64,000 nt of DNA from an uncultured bacterium. Its GTDB lineage: Bacteria; Pseudomonadota; Gammaproteobacteria; Burkholderiales; JACQAP01. Below the pieces are notes generated by a model. It searched no databases and was not told where the DNA came from. It worked only from the letters and a program-made list of their open reading frames with translations. Positions 33,248-42,882 of the stretch are shown here, piece after piece. Position numbers and translations under genes: made by a program. How positions within the stretch are numbered: position 1 is the first letter of the stretch; each line of letters begins with the position of its first letter. Location of the stretch: the NCBI GenBank assembly GCA_965233135.1, contig CBDDRM010000176.1:2696-66695 (forward strand), in the 5' to 3' direction.

Positions 33248-33811
33248 TCAAGGCAGATCGGAACGCATGTCGATGTCCTGCAGGACACCTGGATCATCGC
33301 ACTCGATCGCGTGCACATCCGCCCCGTGGTGCTCGATGACAGCGCGCGCGCCTTGATCGCCCTGTAATTGCAATAACTCTGCAAGATAGCGACGGCCGAA
33401 GCCGACTGGATGGCCCCGCTGACCGTTGTACATCGGCACTGCGATGCCGCCTGAGCTCGCGACCCGCCCGGCGATGGCTTTGACGGTACTTGGCCGTACG
33501 AACGGCATATCCCCAAGCGCAATCACCCAGCCGTCTGCGTCACGCGCCGCCCCGACCGCGCAGATCAGACTGCGCGCCATGCCCAAGTGGGCATCCTGAC
33601 AGATATGCACTGCGACGCCTTCCGCCTGGAGCGCATCGGCCAGTGCGTCATCGCCGCTGCGTACAACGGTTTTGACGTCGGGAAGGGCTGCCCGCAAATT
33701 ACGTAACGCCGCGACGCCTATCGGCGTTCCCTCGTTGAGCCGATGCAGCAGCTTGCCGCCGCCGAAGCGGGTGCCCCTGCCGGCGCATAGCAAAATGCCG
33801 ACGATGTTCAA
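33248..33811 (-). CDS. Nucleotidyltransferase, MocA-like (molybdenum cofactor cytidylyltransferase family)
   Basis: LCAGRGTRFGGGKL, LGDMP, RGHPVGF, GDQGAR, DID. Confidence 0.85.
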   Translation of the reverse strand: MNIVGILLCAGRGTRFGGGKLLHRLNEGTPIGVAALRNLRAALPDVKTVVRSGDDALADALQAEGVAVHICQDAHLGMARSLICAVGAARDADGWVIALGDMPFVRPSTVKAIAGRVASSGGIAVPMYNGQRGHPVGFGRRYLAELLQLQGDQGARAVIEHHGADVHAIECDDPGVLQDIDMRSDLP

Positions 33812-33823
33812 TTGATTTTAGGA

Positions 33824-34038
33824 AACGGCGCCGTCGAATCCGCATGCGTTGCACAATGCGTGCGCACGACGTCAGTTCTGGGCCAGCTTCGAACGGGCCA
33901 GAGGCGGATGGCGCCGTGACTCGTTAGCGGGACGCCCGTTTGCGGGAACGGCGCCGTCGAATCCGCATGCGTTGCACTCTGCGTGCGCACCACGTCAGTT
34001 CTGTGCCAGCTTCGATCGGGCCAGAGGCGGATTCGCCG
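33824..34038. repeat. Direct repeat (about 92-bp copies, 123-bp period) duplicating the amiC 3' end and the sequence after its stop
   Basis: Copies start aacggcgccgtcgaatccgcatgcgttgcac at 33824 and 33947. Confidence 0.9.
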
Positions 34039-35356
34039 AGAAATATTTCTTGATCCCCACGAGGATCGCCTGCGCGAGTTTGTCCTGATAGGCGTCGTCC
34101 CTGAGCCTCTTCTCTTCCTCGGGGTTCGTCAGGAAAGCAGTCTCGACGAGGATGGAGGGAATGTCGGGCGCCTTCAGCACCGCAAATCCGGCCTGTTCCA
34201 CATGCGCCTTATGCAAATCGTTGACTTCGCCGATCTCGCCGAGCACGGCTTTGGCGAGCTTCAGACTGTCGTTGATGGTTGCGGTTTGCGACAAATCGAT
34301 GAGGACTTGTTTCAGTGTCGGATCCGCAACGTCAATATTGACACCGCCGATCAAGTCCGCCTCGTTCTCCTTTCTTGCCAGCCAGCCCGCTGCAGCCGAC
34401 GTGGCGCCGCGCTCGGAAAGCGCAAACACCGATGAGCCGCGCGCATGCGGCTTCACGTACGCATCGGCGTGAATGGACACGAACAGATCGGCCTGGATCT
34501 TGCGCGCCTTGATTACACGGTTGACCAGTGGGATGAAATAATCGCCATCCCGGATCAGCACGCCTCGCATGTTCGGCTCCTCGTCGACGAGCGCCTTGAG
34601 CTTGCGGGCGATGGCCAGCGTGACGAACTTCTCATAAGTGCCGCTGCGCCCGCGCGCGCCGGGATCCTCGCCTCCATGCCCCGCATCGATGGCAACGGTA
34701 ATCAGGCGCGCAACATCGGCTGGCGCCACGGCTTTCCTGGGCGGCTGCGCCAGCGCCGCCGGTGCCTGAACGGGCGCGTCGGCAGAGGCCTCTTGCGCTT
34801 TGACCGTGCCCTGTGCAGGTCCGATGACTGCGGGAGGGGTCTCTTTCTGATCGAGCAATGCGAGGACGGGGTCTGCTTCCAAAGAGGGGTAGACGTCAAG
34901 CACCAGACGGTGACCGTATTCGCCCACCGGCTTGAGCACGAAAACCTGCGGTTTTACTTCGGTCTTCAGGTCGAGCACGAGGCGCACGACTCCGGGCTTG
35001 AATCGGCCGATCCGCACGGCACTCACGTACGGATCGTTGGGTGAAATCTTTCCGGGAATCTGTTCCAGCGCAGAATTGAAATCCACGTTCTCAAGATCGA
35101 GCACGAGACGCGACGGCGTGCTAACGGCAAATACGTTGTAAGTAATCGGTGCGTCGGATTCAAGTGTCAGGCGCGTGTATTCGGGGGCGGGCCAGACTCG
35201 CGCGTAGACAATCTGCGCCCCCGTGGCGGGCGATGCGGAGGCTAACAGGCATATGGAAACAGCCAGCGCGCACATCGAGCCCGTGCGCGTGCGGCATTCG
35301 CCGATGCCACCACGGCGCAATAAGTGCAAACTCAATCTGGCAAGTGACTCAAACAA
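33995..35356 (-). CDS. amiC: N-acetylmuramoyl-L-alanine amidase (AMIN + Amidase_3 domains)
   Basis: RVWPAPEYTR, RLVLDL, DAGHGGEDPGA, FVSIHAD, SILVETAFLTN; start uncertain. Confidence 0.95.
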   Translation of the reverse strand: MFESLARLSLHLLRRGGIGECRTRTGSMCALAVSICLLASASPATGAQIVYARVWPAPEYTRLTLESDAPITYNVFAVSTPSRLVLDLENVDFNSALEQIPGKISPNDPYVSAVRIGRFKPGVVRLVLDLKTEVKPQVFVLKPVGEYGHRLVLDVYPSLEADPVLALLDQKETPPAVIGPAQGTVKAQEASADAPVQAPAALAQPPRKAVAPADVARLITVAIDAGHGGEDPGARGRSGTYEKFVTLAIARKLKALVDEEPNMRGVLIRDGDYFIPLVNRVIKARKIQADLFVSIHADAYVKPHARGSSVFALSERGATSAAAGWLARKENEADLIGGVNIDVADPTLKQVLIDLSQTATINDSLKLAKAVLGEIGEVNDLHKAHVEQAGFAVLKAPDIPSILVETAFLTNPEEEKRLRDDAYQDKLAQAILVGIKKYFSANPPLARSKLAQN

Positions 35357-35808
35357 AATTTTCCGCGCTCCGTTTCAGCAACGATGCATGCGCGCCTCGC
35401 GCCGCTTTCCTCGTGCAATTCCACTTTCAGGTCTGGTGCGGGCAACAGTCCCTCCGCGCGCTCCGGCCATTCGACCAGACAAACGTTGCGTGCTGCAAAG
35501 TACTCTCTGAACCCCGCTTCAGTCCATTCAGTTGGATCGTTGAAGCGATAAAAATCAAAGTGATATAAGTCTAACCTAGAAAGATTATAAACTTCAACCA
35601 GGGTGTAGGTCGGGCTCTTGACCTTTCCCGTGTAACCCAGCTCTCGCAGCATGCCGCGCGTAAGCGTTGTCTTTCCGCTGCCCAAGTGGCCCGAAAGGGC
35701 CACGAACAAGCCCGGTTCGAGCACCCGCGCCAGTCTGCGCCCGAGGGCCAGGGTCGCTTCCTCGTCTGCAAGGAATATCGAGAATTGGTCGCTGCCGCCG
35801 GCACTCAT
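35332..35808 (-). CDS. tsaE: tRNA threonylcarbamoyladenosine biosynthesis ATPase
   Basis: GHLGSGKTT, VKSPTYTLVE, HFDFYR, VEWP. Confidence 0.95.
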   Translation of the reverse strand: MSAGGSDQFSIFLADEEATLALGRRLARVLEPGLFVALSGHLGSGKTTLTRGMLRELGYTGKVKSPTYTLVEVYNLSRLDLYHFDFYRFNDPTEWTEAGFREYFAARNVCLVEWPERAEGLLPAPDLKVELHEESGARRACIVAETERGKFCLSHLPD

Positions 35809-36722
35809 GGCGGACGCGGGCCCGGGCACTTCGCGGCAGCACGCGCCGCCTGCAGTGCTACGTCGATGAACACGCGCAGCGCTGGAAGATGGTCGCCTCG
35901 ACGCCACGCCAGATGGACTTCGGTGAGCGGACTGCCGGCGCGCAACGTCTTGTAGACCACCCCGGTTCTTTGCAGGTTGGTGAGCGACGCCGGAATCAGT
36001 GCTACGCCCAGTTCAGCCGACACCAGGCTGACGATGGTTTGCATCTGGATTGCCTCCTGTGCCACGCGCGGGCTGAAACCGGCTGTCTTGCAGCAACTGA
36101 CCACGTCGTCGTAGAGGCCCGGTGCATAGGGGCGGGGGAACAGGATGAAAGGGGCGTCCTTGAGTTTTTCGAGAGCCAGCTTGCCGCGCGTGCGTGCGAG
36201 CGGATGCTTTTCGGGCAGGGCCGCAATCAGCGGCTCGCGCAGGATCGGCAACGAGTCGAGCGACGCTTCGGTAATCGGCGGCAGCACGAAACCCACGTCG
36301 ATGCGGCCAGCCAGCAAATCGCGAAACTGAGCGTCGCTGGTCGATTCGCGCAAGCTCAGATTCACCAACGGAAAACGGCGGCGAAACTCGCGCAGCACGA
36401 TGGGAAGCACATTGTAGTCTGCGACACTGATGAATCCGATGGCGAGTTCGCCTATTTCTCCGCGGCCCGCCCGCTTCGTGGTCAGAACGGCCTGTTCAAC
36501 CCGTGCGAGAATATGGCGGGCCTCTGCCAGAAGTGCCGTGCCGGCCTGGGTCAGTGAAACATGACGCTGGGTACGCCTCAGAAGCGTCACGCCGAGTTCG
36601 CTTTCCAGCGCCCTGATCTGCATGGACAGTGGAGGTTGCGAGATATGGAGTTTGGCCGCCGCGCGGCCGAAGTGAAGTTCTTCGGCGACGGTAACGAAGT
36701 AACGCAGGTGGCGCAGATCCAT
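35805..36722 (-). CDS. LysR-family regulator (IlvR/AlsR/BenM-like), divergent from ilvD
   Basis: MDLRHLRYFVTVAEELHFGRAA, SQPPLSMQI; ATGA overlap with tsaE. Confidence 0.92.
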   Translation of the reverse strand: MDLRHLRYFVTVAEELHFGRAAAKLHISQPPLSMQIRALESELGVTLLRRTQRHVSLTQAGTALLAEARHILARVEQAVLTTKRAGRGEIGELAIGFISVADYNVLPIVLREFRRRFPLVNLSLRESTSDAQFRDLLAGRIDVGFVLPPITEASLDSLPILREPLIAALPEKHPLARTRGKLALEKLKDAPFILFPRPYAPGLYDDVVSCCKTAGFSPRVAQEAIQMQTIVSLVSAELGVALIPASLTNLQRTGVVYKTLRAGSPLTEVHLAWRRGDHLPALRVFIDVALQAARAAAKCPGPRPP

Positions 36723-36742
36723 TGATTCGAACAGACTATCAA
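36722..36742. promoter_or_regulatory. LysR T-N11-A binding box between the lysR gene and ilvD
   Basis: TTGAT-tcgaacagact-ATCAA palindrome. Confidence 0.65.
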
Positions 36743-36852
36743 ACAAGGTTCAATAATATATTAGACGCCATCCCAGCGCGCGCCGACACTGCGCCCGTGG
36801 CACCGGCGCCCCCGGTAAAGGGCGTGGCATATAAATTCAACGAGGACAAATC

Positions 36853-38547
36853 ATGGCAGACAACTGGCGCAGCAAACTGATCACCGCGGGCGTTGCCCGT
36901 TCGCCGAACAGGGCAATGCTTCGCGCGGTCGATTTCAAGGATGGCGACTTCGACAAACCCATTGTCGGCGTGGCCAATGGTCATTCCAATATGAACCCGT
37001 GCAACGCCGGCATCCAGCCGCTCGTCGACAGCGCCATGGGTGCATTGCGCGCTGCGGGCGCCATGCCTCAGGTTTTCGGCACGCCGACCATCACCGACGG
37101 CATCGGTATGGGAACCGACGGCATGAAGTATTCCCTGGTTTCACGCGAAGTCATCGCCGACGCGATTGAAACCTCGGTCAATGGCCAGTTGATGGATGGC
37201 GTGCTGGTGGTCGGTGGCTGCGACAAGAATATGCCGGGGGGCATGATGGCAATCGCGCGCATGAACGTCCCGGCCATTTATGTCTACGCCGGCAGCATCA
37301 AGCCCGGCCACTGGAAGGGAAAGGACCTGACGATTGCCAGCGCTTTCGAAGCGGTCGGGGCGTTTACCGCGGGCAAGATGAGCAAGGAAGACTACGAGGG
37401 CATCGAGAAAAACGCATGTCCGACCGTCGGCGCTTGCGGCGGCATGTTCACGGCCAACACCATGTCCACTTCTTTCGAGGCGCTCGGCATGAGCCTCATG
37501 ATGTCCGCAACGATGGCGTCGCCTGACGCTGAAAAAGCGGATTCCGCGGCCGCATCGGCCAAAGTTCTGGTCAATGCAATCAAGAAGAACATACGGCCAC
37601 GTGACATCATCACGCGCAAGTCCATCGAGAACGTGGTGAGCCTGGTGATGGCTACGGGCGGTTCGACCAACGCAGTGCTGCATTATCTGGCGATTGCATC
37701 CGCCGCGGAAGTCGAATGGACTATCGATGATTTCGAGCGTGTGCGTCGAAAGGTTCCGGTGCTGTGCGACCTGAAGCCCTCAGGCCGCTACGTCGCCACG
37801 GATCTGCACAAGGCGGGCGGGGCGCCGCAGGTGCTGAAAATGCTGTTGGCGAACGGGTTGCTGCATGGCGATTGCATGACCATCACCGGACGCACGATTG
37901 CCGAGGAACTGGAGCATATCCCCGAACAACCGCGCAAGGACCAGGATGTCATTCGCCCGTTTGACCAGCCCCTCTACAAGGAAGGCCATCTTGCGATTCT
38001 GAAGGGCAATCTGGCCACTGAAGGGTGTGTCGCCAAGATCACGGGCCTGAAGAATCCTTCGATTACCGGCCCGGCCCGGGTATTCGATTCCGAGCCGGAG
38101 GCCATGGCGGCGATCATGGATCGCAAGATCAAGGCCGGTGACGTCGTGGTCATTCGCTATGAGGGGCCCAAAGGAGGGCCGGGCATGCAGGAAATGCTGG
38201 CGCCGACTTCTGCATTGACGGGCCAGGGTCTGGGCGACTCCGTGGGGCTTCTGACCGACGGGCGTTTCTCGGGAGCGACGTGGGGCATGGTGGTGGGTCA
38301 TGTCGCGCCCGAAGCCTATGTCGGGGGCACGATCGCGCTGGTAAAGGAGGGCGATTCGATTACCATCGATGCGCACAAACAGCTGATCCAGCTGAACGTA
38401 CCCGACGAGGAACTGGCAAAACGGCGGGCGGCATGGAAACAACCCAAACCGCGCTTTACGCGTGGGCTGCTCGCCAAGTACGCGCACCTGGTTTCGACAG
38501 CGACCCGAGGTGCTGTGACGGATTCGTTCGAACACGCCAAAAAGTAA
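36853..38547 (+). CDS. ilvD: Dihydroxy-acid dehydratase
   Basis: [46 protein letters not shown]. Confidence 0.96.
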   Translation: MADNWRSKLITAGVARSPNRAMLRAVDFKDGDFDKPIVGVANGHSNMNPCNAGIQPLVDSAMGALRAAGAMPQVFGTPTITDGIGMGTDGMKYSLVSREVIADAIETSVNGQLMDGVLVVGGCDKNMPGGMMAIARMNVPAIYVYAGSIKPGHWKGKDLTIASAFEAVGAFTAGKMSKEDYEGIEKNACPTVGACGGMFTANTMSTSFEALGMSLMMSATMASPDAEKADSAAASAKVLVNAIKKNIRPRDIITRKSIENVVSLVMATGGSTNAVLHYLAIASAAEVEWTIDDFERVRRKVPVLCDLKPSGRYVATDLHKAGGAPQVLKMLLANGLLHGDCMTITGRTIAEELEHIPEQPRKDQDVIRPFDQPLYKEGHLAILKGNLATEGCVAKITGLKNPSITGPARVFDSEPEAMAAIMDRKIKAGDVVVIRYEGPKGGPGMQEMLAPTSALTGQGLGDSVGLLTDGRFSGATWGMVVGHVAPEAYVGGTIALVKEGDSITIDAHKQLIQLNVPDEELAKRRAAWKQPKPRFTRGLLAKYAHLVSTATRGAVTDSFEHAKK

Positions 38548-38566
38548 TTGCCAGTTCGAAGTTAAA

Positions 38567-38600
38567 CAGCGGCAGTGCCCGGTGTGGGCTCCTGCCGCTG
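38567..38600. terminator. Hairpin between the convergent ilvD and lipoprotein genes
   Basis: cagcggcag...ctgccgctg stem. Confidence 0.5.
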
Positions 38601-38634
38601 CTTGCGGTCTATGCGATTTGCCAAGGCCGAAAGC

Positions 38635-39411
38635 TCACGGCAGCGAGCGTCCCGGCCCCTTTCCCCAACTTTGATAGCGCATGCGGTCGAACTCGATGAA
38701 TTCCGCGAGGAATTTCTGTTGCAAGGCGTCCAGTACTTCCGCGCTGGCGCCCTCCTCATGCAATTGCGCCAGCTCCGAACCGCTCAGGCCGGCAACATAA
38801 TGCGTGCCGATGCGCAGGCCTTGCGTGCCGATGATGTCATGCAGTCGCGATGCGCGGATGCGTGCGGCAAGATCCGCATTGTCGACCTCGTCCTTCACGA
38901 GCCGTCCGATTTCGGCGACCGTCAGCGCAGGTGCAGTGGGTTTGCCGGGGAACGCCGTCACCCAGTCAGGCAGCCCTTGCGGTTTGCCGAAGGATCTCGA
39001 TGCCGCAATGCCTTGCGCGTCGGCCATGCCATTGCCGCCAGTGTCCAGATTGGCGAGATCCACGGGCTGCGGATAGCACGACCTGCAGCCTCCCAGCGAT
39101 TCGCCCAGCACCCAGTAGCGGGTGAGCAGGTCCACGTCGTTGACGAAGGCCTGTTGCAAATGGTCGAGTACCTTGGGCGGCACGCCGGCGTCGGCAAGTT
39201 TGCCGAAATCGGAGCCGCGCAGCGCATAGGTGGTTTTGGCGCGCGCGATGCGGTCGATCGCCTGCTCCGGACGGCTGCCCCTGCTCAGATCGATAACCTC
39301 CGAGATCGGCGTGACCGGCCGCGGCGTCAGCACCGAGCAGCCACTCACCATCGAGGCACAGGCGATTACGATCAGGACGGGACGGGTAAAGTATCGAGAC
39401 TGAAGAGACAT
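38635..39411 (-). CDS. Hypothetical lipoprotein with two copies of a helical domain
   Basis: Lipobox VSGC; repeats LADAGVPPKVLDHLQ and LHEEGASAEVLDALQ; GCRSCYPQP. Confidence 0.75.
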   Translation of the reverse strand: MSLQSRYFTRPVLIVIACASMVSGCSVLTPRPVTPISEVIDLSRGSRPEQAIDRIARAKTTYALRGSDFGKLADAGVPPKVLDHLQQAFVNDVDLLTRYWVLGESLGGCRSCYPQPVDLANLDTGGNGMADAQGIAASRSFGKPQGLPDWVTAFPGKPTAPALTVAEIGRLVKDEVDNADLAARIRASRLHDIIGTQGLRIGTHYVAGLSGSELAQLHEEGASAEVLDALQQKFLAEFIEFDRMRYQSWGKGPGRSLP

Positions 39412-39451
39412 TTTTCGACTCCATTACGTTGAACGGACGCACCCTTAACGT

Positions 39452-39814
39452 TCAGCGTGGCACGATGATGAGCGGGCGACGGTAACAATAGAAACAATCG
39501 TGCCACCAGTAAGCGCCTTCGTAGCGCATGCGCGCATCCCAGCGAATGCTGGCCGCGTAGGCGTTCTGCATATAGTCGAGGACCGGATCGGCTACCCCCT
39601 GGTCATGTAGCGCGATGATCTGCGAGGCAGTCAGCGGATATACCGCGCGCGTCTCCTGCAACTCGCGGATGATCTCTTCTGCCGGCTTGCCCTGCCGGCT
39701 CATTTCCACAATCTGTTCAACGGAGGGCGCCGGGCGGCGTTGAAGACTGCTACACCCACTGAGCAAAGTCAGCGCAAGCAGGACGGCCGCGATGTGAAAT
39801 TTTGAAGTGTGCAT
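39452..39814 (-). CDS. Hypothetical lipoprotein, paralogue of the downstream gene
   Basis: Lipobox LSGC; LHDQGVADPVLDYMQ; DCFYCYRRP. Confidence 0.75.
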   Translation of the reverse strand: MHTSKFHIAAVLLALTLLSGCSSLQRRPAPSVEQIVEMSRQGKPAEEIIRELQETRAVYPLTASQIIALHDQGVADPVLDYMQNAYAASIRWDARMRYEGAYWWHDCFYCYRRPLIIVPR

Positions 39815-39871
39815 GCCGGAAGCGTGGTTACCGTATTGGGACCCACGGCAGCCGCTGCAGTTCCATGAAAA

Positions 39872-40084
39872 TCAGGCCGAGATATCGGGGACCAGTTGTC
39901 GTTCGAGCGCGGAGATCTGGTCCTTGAGCAGCAGCTTTCGCTTTTTCAGGCGCTGCAGCTGCAATTCGTCGAGTTTCTGTCCATGCGCCAAGTGCTCGAT
40001 GACGTCGTCGAGATCTCGGTGCTCGACTTTCAATGCCGAGAGTCGGTTGCGAATTTGTTCGATTTCCTCCTGCGTCAGCTCCAT
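39872..40084 (-). CDS. DUF465/YdcH family small coiled-coil protein
   Basis: EHRDLDDVI, LQRLKKRKLLLKDQI, PDISA. Confidence 0.88.
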   Translation of the reverse strand: MELTQEEIEQIRNRLSALKVEHRDLDDVIEHLAHGQKLDELQLQRLKKRKLLLKDQISALERQLVPDISA

Positions 40085-40380
40085 TGCGGTCTCCGGCCGA
40101 GGCGCGTCTGCCCTTTGTCCAGTTTCATCACTGGTATTGTTCAGAAACGACCCGTGAATAATTCGCGCCAGGCGCCCGGCTGCAATGGGTCCAATGTCCG
40201 TCGGGCTGGCTTGCGAGTACGCTCACCAGCCGATAGTGGCACAAACGCAGGATCAAGCCCTTCTGCAGAGCGGCCGGCAGGTCGTTCACATGGAAAAATG
40301 TTACACCGATTCAGCCAAAAGGCCGGTTAATTTGAGCGAGTGCCTGTCGAGCGGTTAGGATGCAGCCCCGGAGGGCTTTC

Positions 40381-41280
40381 ATGAACCAGCACGACATAGC
40401 GCACGGGATCTATCCCATGCTGTACGCCTTTTTCGATCGGCGCGGCCATGTGGACGCGTCAGCCATGCGCAGACAGGTCCAGGCGTGTGTAGCCAATGGC
40501 GCGCATGGTCTGGCCGTGCTTGGACTCGGTACCGAAATCGACAAGCTGTCCGAGACCGAAAGGCGTCAGATCGTGGAATGGGTGGCCGAAGAACTGGCGG
40601 GCAGACTGCCTCTGGCCATCACGGTAAACGGCCCCACGGTGCAAATGCAGGTCGAGTTCGCCAAGTTCGCGCAGTCGCGCGGTGCCTCCTGGCTGATCCT
40701 CCAGCCTCCCCCCGATCGCGGCGTGCCCGAAGATTTTTTTATACGCTTTTTCGGTGCGGTAGCAGACCGCGTGGAATTACCGGTCGCCGTGCAAAACGCT
40801 CCGGAGTATCTCGGTGTGGGTTTGACGCCGGCAGGTGTGAAAGTCCTGGCGCAAAGCCATCCGAACTTTCGCCTGCTCAAGGCGGAAGGGCCGGCGCTTT
40901 CAGTCCAGGCGGTCATCGAGGAGAGCGGCGATAGCGTGACCGTGTTCAATGGCCGGGGCGGACTCGAGCTGATCGACAACCTGCGCGCGGGTTGCGCAGG
41001 CGTGATTCCGGCGACCGATTGCTTCGATCGCCAGGCGCGCATCTTCGATCTGCTGCGCAGCGGCGCTGATGAAGAGGCCGAAGCGATTTATCGCGAAGTG
41101 CTGCCCGCCATCGTATTTGTCATGCAGTCTTTGCAGACCTTGCATACGTACGGCAAGCGCATCGCCGCCCTGCGACTGGGGCTGGGCGAAGTTTTCGACC
41201 GCTCGCCGGCGCTGGGCCCCAGCGATTTCGGCATGCGCTGCGCGCAACGCTACGCCGCCGCACTGGGGCCATTGGCATGA
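40381..41280 (+). CDS. Dihydrodipicolinate synthase-family aldolase/dehydratase (not true DapA)
   Basis: DHDPS-like fold with GLGTE instead of GTTGE; QNAP; catalytic Lys in LLKAEG. Confidence 0.82.
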   Translation: MNQHDIAHGIYPMLYAFFDRRGHVDASAMRRQVQACVANGAHGLAVLGLGTEIDKLSETERRQIVEWVAEELAGRLPLAITVNGPTVQMQVEFAKFAQSRGASWLILQPPPDRGVPEDFFIRFFGAVADRVELPVAVQNAPEYLGVGLTPAGVKVLAQSHPNFRLLKAEGPALSVQAVIEESGDSVTVFNGRGGLELIDNLRAGCAGVIPATDCFDRQARIFDLLRSGADEEAEAIYREVLPAIVFVMQSLQTLHTYGKRIAALRLGLGEVFDRSPALGPSDFGMRCAQRYAAALGPLA

Positions 41281-42830
41281 CGCGGCTGCGCATTGCGGCA
41301 TTGGCAGCCCTCCTGTTGCCCGGGCTGCCCGGTTCAGCGGCCGCCCAATCGCCGGAGCAATGGTTCCAGAGCGGACGTGCCGCGGTAGAGAAATCCCGGC
41401 AGGAAAAACCGGTCACTGGTCTCGCCAGAAACGTGATTTTATTCATTGGCGACGGCATGGGTGTGGCCACGGTGACGGCCGCCCGCATCCTGGGAGGGCA
41501 GCGCCTCGGCCTTTCCGGAGAGGAACACCAGTTTTCGTTTGAGAAAATGCCCAACGTGGCGCTTTCAAAAACCTACAGCGCCAACCAGCAGACGTCTGAC
41601 TCCGCGCCCACCATGAGCGCAATCGTGACCGGCATTAAAACCGCCGACGGATTGATATCGGTCAGCGATAGGGTGGCGCGAGGGGACTTTCGTTCCGTCC
41701 CGAGGCACTCCATCAAAACAATACTCGAACGCGCGGAAGATCGCGGCATGGCCACGGGCATCGTCACGACTGCTCGCCTCACGCATGCGACACCGGCCGC
41801 TTGTTACGCGCACTCGCCCGAGCGTGACTGGGAAAGTGATGCAGACCAGCCCGTCTTCGCAAATGCAGCGGATTTCCCGGATATTGCCCGGCAGCTGATC
41901 GAATCGCCGCATGGCGACGGACTCGAGGTGGCGCTCGGCGGCGGAAGAACGAAGTTCCTGCCCCGCGGCCGGCCTGATCCGGAATATCCGCACACGCCCG
42001 GGGAGCGGCGCGACGGCCGTGACCTGACCAAGGAATGGCTCGCCCGCCATCCGCAGTCTGCTTATGTCTGGAATAAAGCGCAGCTGGATGCCGTGAACCT
42101 GCGACAAGTCCGCCATTTGCTCGGTTTGTTTCAGCCCTCGCACATGCAGTACGAGCACGATCGCGCCAAGGACGCCGGCGGGGAGCCCTCACTCGCGGAG
42201 ATGACGGACAAGGCACTGGAATTGCTGTCTGCGCATCAGAAAGGTTATTTCCTGATGGTCGAAGGCGGACGCATCGATCACGCGCACCACGCCGGCAACG
42301 CCTACCGCGCGTTGACCGATACCATCGAATTCGCGCGCGCGGTGGAACTGGCCATGCAGCGCACCGATTCGCGCGATACCCTGATCATCGTCACCGCCGA
42401 CCATAGCCATACCCTGACGATCTCCGGCTATCCCCGACGTGGTAACCCTATTCTGGGCAAGGTGATCGAGCCAGGCGCAACCGAAGATTACGCCAAGGAT
42501 GCTCTTGGCCTTCCGTACACTACTTTGAGTTATGCAAACGGCCCCGGCTACAGCGGCCCGTCAATCACCCAATCCGAAGGAATCAAGAGGTACCCGCATC
42601 ACGGTCCGGGCTATGGCGGCATCACGGCGGGGCGACCGGACTTGAGCAGGGTCGATACTGGCGCACCGGACTATCTGCAGGAGTCCACCGTGGCGCTGGA
42701 AGGCGAATCCCACGGTGGCGAAGATGTTGCCGTCTACGCGCGTGGGCCGCAGGCACATTTAGTCCGCGGCGTGATCGAACAGCACGTCATCTTTCACGTC
42801 ATGGCTGAAGCGCTCGGTATGACCGAATAG
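41277..42830 (+). CDS. phoA: Alkaline phosphatase (PhoA superfamily)
   Basis: Signal peptide, NVILFIGDGMG, DSAPT active-site Ser, THATPA, EGGRIDHAHH, TADH, HGGEDV. Confidence 0.93.
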   Translation: MTRLRIAALAALLLPGLPGSAAAQSPEQWFQSGRAAVEKSRQEKPVTGLARNVILFIGDGMGVATVTAARILGGQRLGLSGEEHQFSFEKMPNVALSKTYSANQQTSDSAPTMSAIVTGIKTADGLISVSDRVARGDFRSVPRHSIKTILERAEDRGMATGIVTTARLTHATPAACYAHSPERDWESDADQPVFANAADFPDIARQLIESPHGDGLEVALGGGRTKFLPRGRPDPEYPHTPGERRDGRDLTKEWLARHPQSAYVWNKAQLDAVNLRQVRHLLGLFQPSHMQYEHDRAKDAGGEPSLAEMTDKALELLSAHQKGYFLMVEGGRIDHAHHAGNAYRALTDTIEFARAVELAMQRTDSRDTLIIVTADHSHTLTISGYPRRGNPILGKVIEPGATEDYAKDALGLPYTTLSYANGPGYSGPSITQSEGIKRYPHHGPGYGGITAGRPDLSRVDTGAPDYLQESTVALEGESHGGEDVAVYARGPQAHLVRGVIEQHVIFHVMAEALGMTE

Positions 42831-42882
42831 CAGACGGGTGCGCTACGAACCGGCCCGCACCCTTAGCGAAGGTCACATCTGA

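Noticed and set aside
40085-40380. ~300-bp intergenic region with a hairpin (tcgggctgg...ccagccga) as a possible sRNA
   Set aside because: Only one convincing stem and no terminator or known motif; explainable as divergent promoters.
42836-42864. REP-like hairpin gggtgcg...cgcaccc
   Set aside because: Single short copy in the window; cannot be told apart from an ordinary terminator hairpin between convergent genes.
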